A stretch of DNA of 64,000 nucleotides from Lama guanicoe (Eukaryota), in NCBI GenBank assembly GCA_013239625.1, contig MU056000.1:7789214-7853213 (forward strand), in the 5' to 3' direction. The position numbers and the translations under genes were made by a program. Shown here piece after piece: positions 50,771 to 64,000 of the stretch. Numbering within the stretch: position 1 is the stretch's first letter; the number at the start of each line of letters is the position of its first letter. The notes below the pieces were generated by a model. The model was not told the origin of the DNA, searched no databases, and saw only the letters and a program-made list of their open reading frames with translations.

Positions 50771-53700
50771 ACACTCCACTTCCACATCCACAGAAGAAAA
50801 AATTTCATCATGATATTATTCATAGATGTTCATTTTAATATTTCTGCTAAAATGTTTCAATACTTTGAGACAAACATTTTGCATCTTCCAATGGAGCCAT
50901 TTTAGATGCTCTGAATAATAAGATGTCATCGTTAGGATTTCAGATGCCTCTTGTCGCAGAAGTGGTAAGCTGACTGCGTCTCTCACCAGCCCCAGGTAAC
51001 CTAAACGTGACTTTTCTCGGTTTACTGCCACCAGATGGCTTGCCCTCAACATGAGAACAGGATAATGGCACCACTGGGTGCACAATTTCCTTTTACTGCT
51101 TTAGTGGCAAAGGGAGTGATGCTTCAAAAATCCAAGAATTATAATGCTGCAGAGAAAGGTCACACAGCAAAGACAGTTTGAGGAGCCACAGAGTCTCATT
51201 AAAAACAGCTCACAAGCTGGCCATGAAGAGGCTGGTTTCAGTGTCTTTCCTCGCCACACCAAATAAGCAGCGGGCTGCTCACCTGTTAGGGTACTTGTGT
51301 CATTCTCCCAATCTAGAGAAGTGTTCAGGTTTTATTTAAAAATTGCACACTTAACCAGCTCAGTGTATTCTTAACTACCCTGAGAATAACTAAAAAACAA
51401 AAGGCAAGACTTATGCCCTCCGCCGCCAGCCCAGGGCACACGTGTCTGGCTTTACTGCTCCCTGTAAATGATAACTGGTCTCAGAATTCCGGCACAAGAC
51501 GCACAAAGCGACTTCATGTGGAAAATGTCCAGGCAACAATGCACCACAGAAATAATCTAGAAAAGGTAATTTGGAGACTCAAGATTTCTCTAACATTCAT
51601 TTTATTACAATTCCCCTTATTATCAATCCTTTTATATGTGCTAACATGCGAAGCTTTTGATCTGTTAACCAATCAAGGAAAAAAGTTACAGAAATGACAG
51701 AGTAGGATGATTGCATTTTTGTGCAGAAGAGAAGCAGGGAGAGGATCCTCACATATTATACAAATTGACCGGCTATTGGACCAGTAGACCCAGTGACTGA
51801 ATCCAATATTTCCCTAAAAAACTCCCCTAGAAACACAATGTACTACTTTACTTTTAATCACAAATATTCACCATTGAATATTTTTATAGAACATGCCAAA
51901 AATCAAGTATATAGTTCATTCCAATGCCAAAGAAATTTAGAATTGCTTCAAGTGTAAAGCAATAGTTCCTACTTTTTTTTTCCCCACATGGACGCACCTC
52001 AAAGATAGGTGCTCAAGACTGACAGCGTCCCGTCGGCACTGGCCACTGGTGGTGGGCTGTGGGTTACGAGCAGTTACCAGCCAGCCAGCCAGAGCCTCAC
52101 TCCTGCTCTCCCTCTGGTCTGCATCCCAGTGTGTGGGCGGAGACATTTATCTCTAAGTTAGTGTTGATTATCTTTTTCTGTTTGGTTTTAATTCTGAATT
52201 TCCCTCACTGTGGAGCCCCTGAATTATATTGGGATGGACAGAACAAGGAGAATGAGGCTGACAAGGAGCCTTTACAAAGTATCTTTGTAGTCATAGAGAT
52301 CGAGAGAGGTGAATGAGGAGGAAATCTAAAAAGCAAAGACAAAAAAAGAGATAAAAATGCAACGGACAAAAAGAAAAGCAGTGCTAACTGGAACCTGTTT
52401 GGGGGCTTCCTTGAAGGTTATTTTGTTGTGCATCAATCACTTTAATTTGCTGGGTAAATATGGCACCACTCACTCTTGAATCCTGTCTTAACCACACACA
52501 CATCTGCAAGGGCACATCTGTCACCTCCATCTTCAAGCATCTCTAGAATCCTCCTCCAATTTCACTGCCAGGTACATAACACCAGCAACTTGTGTCTCTT
52601 AACTGGTCTCTCTGCCTCGGCCCTCATTCTCCCACCCCTCATGGAAGCTTCAGTGAGTCTTCTAAGATGTACCGGGGAGCACGAGTCCTGCACCCCAAGA
52701 CTCTCCTTTGTACTCAGAGTCAAATTCAAAGTCCTGCCCGTGGCACGTGCCGGGACGCCCTTCTTCCTTAGTCACTTGGCTGACTCCTACTCATCTTTCT
52801 TGCCTTTTTCGCAGGAAGGCTTCCCTGTTCCCCTGACCAGGTGAGATCACTTTGCTCTAAGCTCATTCCTCATACCCTTTCATGATCCTCACCCCACTTC
52901 TATCACTTGCTTACTAACCCCCGCATCCAGTCCTCCGACACTCAGATCACAGAGCATCACGCTACTGGGGAAGAGGTAGAGCCTGGGCAGCCGGCCCTCA
53001 GGAAGGCAAGCTGCGGGAAGGATGGGTTAGTCAGGCAAGCTGACGAAGTCAAGACCAGCTCTGATGAGGGTCAGGAGAAACCAGACAGCCGCCCCAGGCC
53101 CCCTGTATCTGTACTGAGAAGCAGAAGCTGTCAGCAGGCTGCCCTCGACAGTCCCACATCTCCACCCAGGGTGGAATGTGCTCTGTGGCTAAATATGCAT
53201 GACTGCTTGTCGGCTTGTGATTCATTTCCTTGCTTGTCAAACGGACGAGAACTTTCTAGCATGGGAAGGAGACAGAGGACTAAGCGACAGTAATACTAAT
53301 GCACTGTAGCCACAGAAAAGACATAAATTTGGAAGCCAGCACTAAGACAGCTTCCTCCGCCCGTTCCTTCTCCAGCCCTAGTCCATAGAGAGTTCAGAGA
53401 CAGACCAGGCGACGTTCTTATCTCAAGTACGTGAAAGGAATTTCAGGCAAGAGACTGCAGCTGAAGGGAGTGGAGATTTTTGGGGAGCCAGGGAAAAGGA
53501 TGCTCACAGGGAGAGAACACACCAGGAACACTGCCACACCCATCTGTTAGCAGGTCCTGGTTTGTGTCATATAATGTGGGTGAATACTGGCATTGCTTTG
53601 TAAAGATAGCAAGTATTTTATGCTCCGAAAGTCAGCCTGGAGGAACAGAAAAGCTTTGGTGTCAAATTTCAACTCGGATATGATCTGCCCTGCCTTGGGT

Positions 53701-53960
53701 AACACATTCAAACCTTCGGTTTCTCCACCTGCAAAGTGGGCTTGTGTTTTGAGAGGATTAGATGAGGCAAAGTCTGTGAAGTACCGGGAGCCAGAGGAGA
53801 CCCAATGCTTAGCCCCCAACTCTCCCTTGATCATTCCCGGTAACTTCCACGACTTTCATTACAATTGCATGATGGCTGCAGTCCACAGTCAGCAGCCATC
53901 AGTTAAAGTGAGTTTCCTGTGGGCCAGGCCCTAGTGCCAAGCTATTGATGTATATGACGG

Positions 53961-54295
53961 CAGGGCCCACACAAAGCCAAAGTAAGCGAGGTCTTCATTC
54001 AGTGCAAAATTTAAGGGGATGCCAAAAAATTCACTACTCATCAGAAATATTACATATTTTTAAATTGTGGCAAAATAGAAATAACAAAATTTATCACTGT
54101 AACCATTTTTTGGGGTACAGTTCAGGAGCATTAAGTGCCTTCACACTGTGTACTAGGTATTATTTTAATGCAATATTTTTTCATCAAAATTAATGAAAAC
54201 AATCCATGATGAATGATATACCACAACTTTAAATGAAGATGGGGTCCAACCCTGCACAGCTCAGTCTTACCCTCCCCTGCCTCATCTTAGCCCTG
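53961..54295. mobile_element. MER96B-like hAT element with a nested antisense L1MB tail (~54055-54155)
   Basis: cagggc...gccctg termini and gtgcaaaatttaaggggatgccaaaaa. Nested ttttaaattgtggcaaaata...tacagttcaggagcattaagtgccttcaca. Confidence 0.65.
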
Positions 54296-54724
54296 ATCGG
54301 CACCACCACCACCATGGCCATTTACAGACGGAGAGATTGAGGCTCAGAGAGGCTGCCTCGCTTGCCCAAGATCACACAGCTAGTGGGTTTCCAGTCAGAT
54401 CTGGACTCGAATGCCAGCTCCTCTCGGTTTGGACCCTAAACTTAGAATGACATCCCATAAGAACATCACACCTATCTCAAAGGCCGTGCATCCGAGGCTT
54501 CCAGTGCACGGCCTGGACACAGTCGGGCTCAGCAAACAGAGCCAGGGCCATTGCGGTTCCACGGGTCCCTCTGCCAGCTCTGCAATCCCTTCCCCTCTGC
54601 CTCACCTCTGCCCCTAGTCCATCCTCCTCCTGCGGGCACAGCTGAATCTCAACCACACGGGAAACACTGTGTCTCTAACCACTTTCTGCCCCCAGGGCTC
54701 CCCGTGGGCTGTACAAACAAATAT

Positions 54725-55070
54725 GAGCCCACCATGAAAAGGAATGACGTGCTCACGTGCGGTGCCACGTGGATGACCCTTGAAAACATCACGCTAAGGG
54801 AAAGAAACCAGACACGAAAGGCCATACGTATTGTGATTCCATTTAAATAAAATACCCAGAATAGGTAAATCCATAAAGGCAGAACACAGGCTGGTGACTT
54901 CCAGGGCCTGCAGGAGGGAGAATGGGGAGTCGCTGTGTAATGACGGGTCCAGAGTTTCTTTGGGGCATCATGAAAATATTTTGGCACTAGATAGAGGTGA
55001 TTGCACTACATTGTGAAATGCCACTAAATTGTTCACTTCTAAATGGTTAATTTTATGCTAAATGAAAGAA
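54725..55070 (+). mobile_element. L1MB-type 3' end
   Basis: aaaaggaatga...tggatgacccttgaaaacatcacgctaag...aaatgccactaaattgttcactt...atggttaattttatg. Confidence 0.85.
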
Positions 55071-58000
55071 AAATAAGGGTAGGGAAGGAAATGCTGGGGA
55101 GGTGGTGGGGGGACTTCATGCTAGAGTCAAAATTGAAGGGGCCCCTTGGGAAAAGAGATGCATTTTTGCTGCTGGTCTGATCGACCCACAGGCCAGGTTA
55201 ACCTGATCTTTGTGGTTCATTGTGCTTCTTGGCCTTTGGCTTCAAGTAGATTAAAGCCTTTGGAGTGTAAGAAATTTCTAAAGAGAGAAGAGGAAGCTTA
55301 CAGGCCCTGAGCGGTGACAGGTGAGGGCTGCCTTTCTCCAACAGCCTTCCTGTCTCAGTGGCCACTTGGGTGCCCTGGGCCCACAGCTTCGCCTTTCTGC
55401 GAGATCGTCCCCTGCCGGCCTCCGGGCGAAGATGCTCAGACATGTGTCTTCTGAAGGCCTGTCTCAGCTAGCAGGGGGTCCTGGCTGGGCACTTGAGGGG
55501 ACACAGGAGGATAATCATCCCAATCATCTCCCCTCAGACAGGAATGAGCCCTGGAGAATCATAATACACCCCAGCATCAGTTCTTTGTGAGTCTATTACT
55601 ATGGGTTCTGGCAGAGGACACTTGGCTCCACCTGATTTGGGAGGCACTGGCCTCTTAATCTGTTTCCGTTCCTTGTCAGTGACAAGGGTCAAGGACAAAT
55701 GACTTTAATCACGTTTGCTAGTTGGGCTGACGGTGCTGCCTGCAGAGGAGAAATAGGTCAAGTTCCTCTGTGTTCTAGGAAGGAACTTACCAGGACAGCC
55801 TGCGTGCCTGCTAAGGAGTAATAGCCCTTCCGGTCCCGTGCAGATTCCAAGGAAAGGCCCGAAACCAGTTTCCTCCAAAAATGCGAGGGAGGACTCACTC
55901 CACGCAACAGACCACAGGCTTTACAAGGATATAGAGCTTTTCCTTCTTTGAGTTAATTATTTCTGGCAGTAAGCCTCACTGGCTCCAACCACTTGACCCA
56001 AACTTGTGCAAAATAGAGAGCTCTCAGCAGTAAGCGCCAACTGCGATGACAATGCTTCCGTTTGGCAGCGCCTTCATCTGTTTATATAAATTCGCCTGCA
56101 GTTACCAATTACACTGCTGGCCCAAAAAAGGCCAGGCCACACGTAAGCCCAGGAAGAACAATGGTCTGGACACGGAAGTCCAGACAGGGCCATTACGGAG
56201 AGTTATGGGGGATGATTAATTAGCTGGCCTCTTCCTGGGTATTGCCATTCTCACACAAAATCCCTGTGCTAACACAGCTACTTTCTGGTAATAAGTTACC
56301 TTAAAAGAAATGTAATTAGTTGTTGGGATTCATTAGTCCCAGTCTGTGTGTCCACAGTGCAGCATCTCCTTGCTAGCTGAGTACCTGTTATTGGGGAATA
56401 ATGGTGTATTCGTACCTCTTTGAGATAATAACAAAGGATGTAGGATTAATCTGAAGTCCTGGCATGTTTGTCCTTTTACTAAGCAGACTGAAAAACTAAA
56501 AATGAATTTATGATGCAGACAGAAAAGCAGTGTCCTGAAAATCTAGTGTGGAAGGTTGCCAACTCGTTGGCATGCTACTCCTAACTATTGCTTCGTTTGC
56601 TTAATCCTTTTGGAGGCAAGAAAATGTAGACCAGGGGTGAAATCTGGACAGGGCTGCCCTCTCTGCGATTTCCTCAGCTGAAGGAAAATATTTCAGCTGG
56701 CAATTCTGGAAGCATCTGCCAGCTCAGAACAAGAACTTTCTAAGAAGAGCTAAAGAATAATGATTTTTACTTTCAGCAGCTTCCCCAATTCTATGTGTCC
56801 AGAATAAGCAACCTCTATGAGATGATGAAGGACCTGTCACAGAGAGGCAACCTGGAGCCCTAGGATGCAGGGACCCAAGTGGTGGTTCCCTATATTCATC
56901 CCAACTGCAGCTCTCCTTTCTATGATCCTGAAGCCACCATGGCTTTCTGAGTTCACAGATCCCATTTCTCACCCCTCCCTATCACAGCTCCAGAGGGTGA
57001 TGGAGAGGAGCTCAGGGAACTGGACCTCTCACTCAGCCTCACAACTCCCCATGCCACCGCCTCACACTAGCTGGGTGCAGCAGGACTGTACATCTACTCT
57101 TCACTCTGAATCCATAAGACAGTGGATAGGAGGCATAATCTCTGCATTAGTGCCTTTGGAAATTCATGGCTCTCATTAGTTATGTCTCTCTTTCCTCCAA
57201 GAGCAATCATAACTGAAAGTTGGAGATCTTCATAAATGTCACTGAACATGGGCTACCCTGCACAAAGGCTGTGATGTTCTTCTATGAGTTGTACTCATTT
57301 CCTTGGTTATTTTGTCCCAAATTTGGTAAATGCTGGCTTTATTTTAAAAGAAATATCACTTTGAAAAGGGAAAGAAAAAATGGTATGAAAATAGATGTTA
57401 AAATATTTGAGAGGTTTAGTGTGTAGGCAATAAGTTAAACTGTTTGGCAAGCTCTTTCTTCTTCAATTTATGGTTAATAGACTTGTTTCTTTGCTTTTCC
57501 TCCAGGGAAGCTACTTCTGATGCAATGCAATATAATTTGGGAGGCAGAGGAGGAAAAATTATATGTTTAATATCAAGAAGTCATGAAAGATTTTAAGAAG
57601 GAACCAGCTCTTACAATTTGCTTTTTATTTATTAGGGGGCTAACATTTTATAACCCAGTGGTTTATAGGGGAAAATATTAAACATTATTGTCTACCAATT
57701 GGGAATTAACTCATGGAAGATTTGAATATTCATATTCTAATAGGAAGAATGGCTACTTACACTGAAAAGATAAAATTTAATATCTGCTTGTCTTTTTAAA
57801 AGAAGCCCATATTTGCAACCAAATTACAGGATAAATAATTAAACACAAGTTTTAGCTAGATCCTGCAAATTTTCATAATTAAGTAGATCATATTTTGCAG
57901 AAATAAGTGATGGAAACTTTAAGAAGTAATAACATGATGGGGTATTTTTTATTAATCATTTATATTTAAGGTGAAATCATTATACTCTCACGTTTTCTAG

Positions 58001-58664
58001 CTTAGGGAAATAAAATAATGTTTGGGGGAAAATGATCTCTATTACTGTTTCATGGAACATAAATGCCAGGAAGAACTTTGTGAAATTATACTTAGTCCTC
58101 TTGGGGGCATAGAAAGGTCTTCTGAAAGAACTGAAAAATAAATTTTTTCCAGACATTTCCTAACAGAAAGGAAAAGAGAAATGCAAAATCTTAAAGACAT
58201 GGAAAGCTTCCAGGCTATAAGATGTCACAACAAACCAATGAAAGGTAAAAAGCCTTTTTATGTAAAAAAATAACGTATCAGTAAGAGGAAGGAAAAAATG
58301 AAAATATTGGAAAAAAATGGCTTTCTGAGGCATTATTTAGGAAAAACACACTTCATTTTGTCCAGTTTTGGGGTAGCCTAAGTGGACTTCAATGTACCAG
58401 TCCATTTAATGACATTTTCCATTGCTTTGATGGCCAACTCCACAGACTGTGTGTAGTGTTTGTTCTTCATTATAGCCCTCAGGGGTACCAGGGGGCCCAG
58501 CACATAGTAAGGACTCCAAAGAACAGATGTTTACAGAATGAAACTTTCAGTCAATATAACTAACTCCTCTCATTCGGATTCCCTACCACCAAGTGACTTT
58601 CTAATTGAACTGTGGCTTTTTAGTGGCTAACCTGTAGAGAACTAAAGCATTGGTATAAGATTAG

Positions 58665-59128
58665 ACTTAGGGGGTATCCATGAAAATGCTCCCGCTCAAA
58701 TCTCTGACAGCAGGAGAATCATTGATCGACATCAATTGTCCAGCTGCTGTGCCCTGAAATCTGTCCCTGTGTTCGCCTTCATGCAGAGGCCTCACCTCCC
58801 ACAGAGGCTCCCAGCCAGTGACTGAGCTCAGCAGCAGTGAGAAGGCAAGGTGTTCCAGGGAAATGTGGGGTTCTTCTGATGGATGACTTGGCTCAAGAAC
58901 TCTCCAGCGGTCTCACTGAACTTCTTTAGAGTCTAAGACATGTTCAACCAACCAACCTTCCTTTCTTCCTTCCTTCCACTTGAGGGCAGACCTACTTCAT
59001 GGTTTCATGGCTCCCAGCTCCTCTGGTTCCCTCCCATTTTTCCTCTTAGGTATTGTTCCTAATGAATTACTGTGCATGGATTCTAATTCCATCTTGTTGA
59101 ATGCTTCTCAAGGATCCCAACCGAGTCA
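58665..59128 (+). mobile_element. ERVL LTR (LTR16A-like)
   Basis: ctcccagccagtgactgagc...tctaattccatcttg...tgcttctcaaggatcccaac, an LTR16-type end. Confidence 0.65.
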
Positions 59129-59199
59129 GCATCCTTTCCTCAGTGTAAATAAACACTTGTATTCTTAAGCAGCTTCTCATCTCTGGCTTACAGAATCTG

Positions 59200-59425
59200 G
59201 TGAAGTTGGAGGAACCCAGATGTGGCAAACTGCCACCTGGGACTCCCTCCTCTTACTAGTTGTATCACTTGGGGCAAGTTACTCTTGCTTTTATGAATAG
59301 CAGCTTCTCGATCTGTAAAAAGGGATGGGAACTCCCACCCTACTAGATGATTGGGACAACTGTATGAAACGGCATGATCATGAAAGAAGCACAGCATCAC
59401 GAGGGGCTTTCAGTAGGTGCCAAAA
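59200..59425 (+). mobile_element. MIR SINE
   Basis: cttactagttgtatcacttggggcaagttact...cagcttctcgatctgtaaaaggg. Confidence 0.7.
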
Positions 59426-60261
59426 CAAGAGCTACCTTCCTCCTGATGGGCTTGCAGCCCTAAGGTCAAGTCTCTTACCAGGTAAGGCCCAAGGCCAGGC
59501 CCTAGAGCCTAAGGGATTCAAAGGTGAGCCTTACTTGTGGATGCCTCCTTTGAGGAGGCCTTATTTGGAGATTCCAACTTGGGGCCAGCTAGCAAATATC
59601 TGGACCATGCTTAATTTTTTCCCCCCAACATTTCATCAAGGTCATCTAGGCAATACCTCTCCTTTACAGCCATGGAACTTGAGGCCAAGATAATGTAGCC
59701 TAGTTCCCCTCAGGAGAACGGACAACAGAATGTATCAGTGTTAAGGCTCAAATGCAGATCTTCTGATTCCAAATCAAAGACCATCTCACAGATACTAAAT
59801 AATTAGTATTTAAGATGAATAGGTACAGAGATTTTCTAAGAACCCTCTTTGATTGTTAAATCAAGTTATCGACTGCATCAAAGTACAAGAATTTGATACA
59901 GTTAACTATGTAAACCCTAATTCAAGAACAGATTCATTAATTGGCTTTTATAATTCTTACGTTGCTATAACAGAAAATTTTTTGAAGTTCCATTGGTGAC
60001 TACCTTTCCTCGGAGGTAAGAAAAGGTCAGCCTGTGGCATATTTTTATGATTACTTCCACTTCAAAATTGAGGCAAAAAGCTAACATTAGCTATTTTAGT
60101 GGGGGTGGGGCTAGGGAATAAGTAGGATTTTGGTTTTATTGTACAATAAATCAAAATATGATTCATACTGGTCAACATAACCTTGCTAGAAGAATGTTTT
60201 AATTTATTAAAAATTATTTTCCAAAGTGAGAACAGACAGTGAAAGTCAACTATGATAGAAC

Positions 60262-60640
60262 TATTATGGGCTGAATTATGTCCCTCACAAACTCCTCTGT
60301 TAGGTCCTGACCCCCAGTGCCTCAGAACGGCACTGTGCTTAGAAATAGTCTTTAAAGAGTAATTAAGATAAAATGAGGTCTTTAGCATGAGCCCTCATCC
60401 AACATGACTGGTGTCTTTAAGGAAGAGTAGATTAGGACTCAGATGCCACATTGAGAAGACCAAGTAGGGACATGGCGAGAACATGGCCATCTGCAGGTCA
60501 AGGACAGAGGCCTCTGAGAACCAGCGCTGCTGACATCTTGACCTCAGACTTCCACCTTCCAGAACTGTTAGAGGGTAAGCGTCTGTTTTAGCCATCCAGT
60601 CTGTGGTGTTTTGTTACAACAGCCTAAGCAAACTAATATA
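60262..60640 (+). mobile_element. MaLR solo LTR (MLT1B-like)
   Basis: tatgggctgaattatgtccc...aaatgaggtc...atgactggtgtc...gacttccaccttccagaactgt...ttgttacaacagcctaagcaaactaata. Confidence 0.85.
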
Positions 60641-61785
60641 AATCACCATCTCCTTATGATTCAGCAGGAGAAAGTGAGCTAGAAGCTTGGGATGCACTTA
60701 GGGAGGCTGGAGCCCTCGTCACCAATGGAGCTGCTGGTGGGCAGCCCAACCATTCTCTCTGATGGGGCTCTGAGACCCCCTACTCCTTCTGCCCGCCCTG
60801 GATTCTGTTCCCTTCCTTCAAAGAGGACCATCACTGCTGAGTCATACTCAAGAAAACCATTCACTTTTTATCCATAATAAATACACTGATCAGGACTGGA
60901 GAATGGTTCAGGTGGGGAGCATCCCCTGCTTTGGGAGCAGGTGTGGGAAGATGGCGTGAGAGGGGTGAGTGGTGTTGTGTCTGTTCACAGCATCCACCTA
61001 GACTAGGTCCTTCCCTTTTCGGTACCTGGGTAAGAGTACTCAACTCAGCTGCAACGCAAGCCTGGGATAAATCGAAAGCTCATTAAATAAGTCTTAAAAT
61101 ATTTTTCAAAACATATCCTGTTTATTAGATGCATAATATTGGCAACCAACCGAACCTAACATAAAAATAATAACTCCTCTTCTTTCCTGTGTCCAGTGCA
61201 AGAGTAAACCAGATAAAACAGATATCCTAGGAGCCTTCTGGCCAGACTGTGATTATCACTAGTACTCCTTTGTGACGGGGTTTTCTCAAGGTCACTCCAG
61301 AATTAGTGGCACCACGGGACCAAGCGCTCATCCATTAAATGGGTTAAAATGACTAATTGAGGGTCTGAGTTTAATTATGCTCATAAGCAAAGGCACACAG
61401 CAGCTCCTTGGACAGCCTTAACAATATTCTCACGTACACAAAATAGATGGATAAAATTAGGGTTGTACATTGTTGTCCTTCAGGACAAGATGCTGAAGTG
61501 GGAACAGAATAATAAAAATAAATAAGTGACTCCGTGGCACCAGGAAATGAACTGTGGATGTTACCAAAGCCAGCCTTATGCAAATACTTCAGTCAGAAAT
61601 CAACTCCAACATACTCATGACTAAATGAAACACAGCCATACAGTGAGGCCGACTGGAGTTGTACTGAGCTGGCAGATTAAAAAGCAAAAAAGGGTACCTA
61701 CCCATCAAGGTTTTGCCTACAGTTCACATTGAAATGCTGACAATGGCCACAAAGGGATCTTGAGGACATTGATCTGCAATACCTT

Positions 61786-61904
61786 TTATTGGGGGGGGGG
61801 TGGCAGTTAGATTCATTTATTTATTTTACTGGAGGTACTGGGGGTTGAACCCAGGACCTCGTGCATGCCAAGCACGTGCTCTGCCACTGAAATACACCCT
61901 CCCC
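61786..61904 (-). mobile_element. Camelid tRNA-derived SINE (Vic-1-like)
   Basis: Minus strand ggggagggtgtatttcagtggcagagcacgtgcttggcatgcacgaggtcctgggttcaacccccagtacctcc, with A/B boxes. 17-bp TSD at 61769-61785 / 61907-61923. Confidence 0.85.
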
Positions 61905-62486
61905 TCTTGATCTGTGATACTTTAAATGGGAAAACACAGTCATGTCTCACACGAAATCCAGAAAGCATTCATTCTGTACACAGTGGCTGGGGCCAACTCC
62001 TTTCAGTGAGACTTAACTCATACCATGTGCTCTGCTCGAGACCCTAGGATGACTTCTGGCTGTCCACCGTATCCAAAAAATTCATATCCCACAGGTCCTC
62101 ACAACTTTCAGAAGCGAGTTCAGAGTCAGGAGGGAAGGGAGGTCGGCTCATAAATGGGCAGAAAACACGAGCATGGAATCCAATGTGGGGAGATGTTTAT
62201 TTAACAGCCACCCAGTCAGAGAGGTTGGACTTGAACTTCCTTGGCCAGGCAGCCTCACCTGGGCTGGCAGTCACTCTCGCTCCAGGGGACGGGCTGCCTT
62301 GCACCTGAGCTATGGAGGGGCCTGGCCTCGAGTTTAGAGAAAAACGGCTTTCTGTCTGGGTCTTCTGTTCGGTGTGTAGCCACTGTGTGGGGACAGGCTG
62401 CTTCTCTGAGTTATTCAGCCCTTTTTTCTCCCTGGGCTGTGTCCCCTCTGTTTGGCAGGGCTTTCTGGGCTCCTGACTACGGTGGC

Positions 62487-62927
62487 TGTCCCAGGTTCCC
62501 AGGGAGGCCAGAACAAAGTGCCACAAAACAACATGATACTATTCTTTCATAGCTCTGGAGGTCAGGAGCCCCAAATCAAAGTGTCAGCAGGGCCATGTTC
62601 CCTCCGCAGGCTCTGGGGAGGAACCCCTCTCCGCCTCTCCCTAACTTCCGGTGGATGCCGGCAGCCCTAGTCATTCCTGGGCTCACGGCAGCATCGCTCC
62701 AGCCTCCGCCTGTCTTCACAGGGCCTTCTTCCCCGTGTGTCTCTCTGTGTACCTCCTCTTCTCATAAAGATGCACTCATTAGATTCAGGGGCTACCCTAA
62801 TTCAGTCTGACCTCATCGCAACTTAACGAATTACACCTATGAAGACCCTGTTTCCAAACAGGGTCACATTCTGAGGTTCCTGGTTGACACAGACTTTGGC
62901 GGGGGGGCACTTATTCAGCCTCCTGCA
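62487..62927 (-). mobile_element. MaLR solo LTR (MLT1C-like)
   Basis: aacaaagtgccacaaa...tctggaggtcaggagcccc...gtgtcagcagggccatg...aagaccctgtttccaaacagggtcacattctgaggt. Confidence 0.85.
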
Positions 62928-63670
62928 GGGCCCTCAGCCAAAATGAGCCTGTCCACAGGCTGAGCCCGTCCCACCTTCCCTAGGGAGCCTTCAGGCTGGG
63001 GTTGGTCAACCCACGTTTTGACTGAAGGTGATGATTATTCCAGCCAAAGGTTCCAGGAAGGTATCTGATTACACGTGGTGCAATGAAACGATCGCAGGTA
63101 CGCAACGGGGTCCATTTCAAGGGCTAAATCGCCTCACTGAGGCCAGAGGAAAGTGGTCTCCCTGGAGGGATCCTTCACTGTAGAGGAGGAATGACCAACA
63201 CAATCACTTCATGCATAATTGCATCCTAAGCTGTTCTAACATTTTCCAATTTTTATTTTAGGCCGTATATGTAAATTTTTTACTTAAAAATTAAAGCTTT
63301 AGTTGAGCTGAATTGGAACAAAAGACAAAATTAGAAAAGGGGGAGAAAGGAGGAGGAAGGTGAACATCAGTGAGTGTTGAGGGTGGGAGTGGAGGGGGCA
63401 GGGGAGGACGGGTGCAGAGACAAAGCCCACCCCTGCTAATCGCCCCCACTGGCAACTCCCACCGTCCCCGCCGGCCACGGCCTCCTGGAGTTCCGCAGTC
63501 CAGCTGTCATGGTTCTCATCCACTCACTCCTCCAACAAAATTTGAGATCTTTTTTTTTTCATATCTATTCTCTTTTCTCAGTGATGGACAGATATTTCAG
63601 GAATAGGTCAACTCTTGAAAAATTTCATTTCCTATCCCCAAAACGAATTTTAAATGGAAACGGACTAAGG

Positions 63671-63829
63671 AACTGACTGTACTTCAATTAAAAAAAAACT
63701 GAACAAGTATATACATATATGAAACTGAATCACTTTGCTGTACACCAGAAACTAACACAACATCATAAATTAACCATACTTCAATAAAAAATGAAAACAA
63801 AGTTTCTTTCTAATTGGAAAGAAAGAAAG
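63671..63829 (+). mobile_element. Two nested, extremely 5'-truncated L1 tails
   Basis: aactgactgtacttcaatt(A)9, then ...aactgaatcactttgctgtacaccagaaactaacacaac...cttcaataaaaaa. Outer TSD-like aaatggaaacggactaagg / aaatagaaggactaagg. Confidence 0.75.
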
Positions 63830-64000
63830 AAATAGAAGGACTAAGGGTATTAACTTTTCATTTTATATTTTATGTGTGCTTAAGTTTTTGCTACGTCAAC
63901 AGGACATGCCAACTTCCTACAGAGATTCACCATGCCTTTTCAAAGAAGGCAAAGCCAAGAGGCTCTTCTCTTTAGCTCATGCCCCGTGAGCTTCAGGCTG

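Noticed and set aside
61820..61904. tRNA gene
   Set aside because: A/B boxes are present, but the A-rich tail, TSD and degenerate stems show it is a SINE.

Overview
Mammalian genomic DNA, almost certainly camelid (a Vic-1-type tRNA-derived SINE at ~61.8 kb, plus cetartiodactyl-type L1 3' ends). The whole window lies inside CTNND2 (delta-catenin) on the minus strand. Four constitutive armadillo-repeat exons are present (37678-37795, 32415-32600, 18231-18404, 4810-4960; about exons 13-16 by human numbering, recalled from memory), plus a 75-nt in-frame cassette exon (5986-6060). All have GT-AG boundaries and compatible phases. The rest is intron filled with L2, MIR, L1, hAT MITEs, MaLR/ERVL and ERV1-type LTRs and microsatellites, with one 13-N gap. 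Nearly all ORFs in the track are spurious. I found no new gene system. The most interesting signals concern RNA processing and regulation: (1) a candidate 3-nt neural-type microexon (GTG, 742-744); (2) an L1 inserted into the branch point/polypyrimidine tract of a constitutive exon, duplicating the branch point and creating a decoy acceptor; (3) a sense-oriented polyadenylated retrocopy that could act as an alternative last exon; (4) a MER41-like 5' LTR with STAT GAS sites, a tRNA-Arg primer-binding site and a compact antisense intron; (5) a pre-miRNA-sized hairpin. Repeat family names come from recalled consensus features, not database searches, and their boundaries are approximate.
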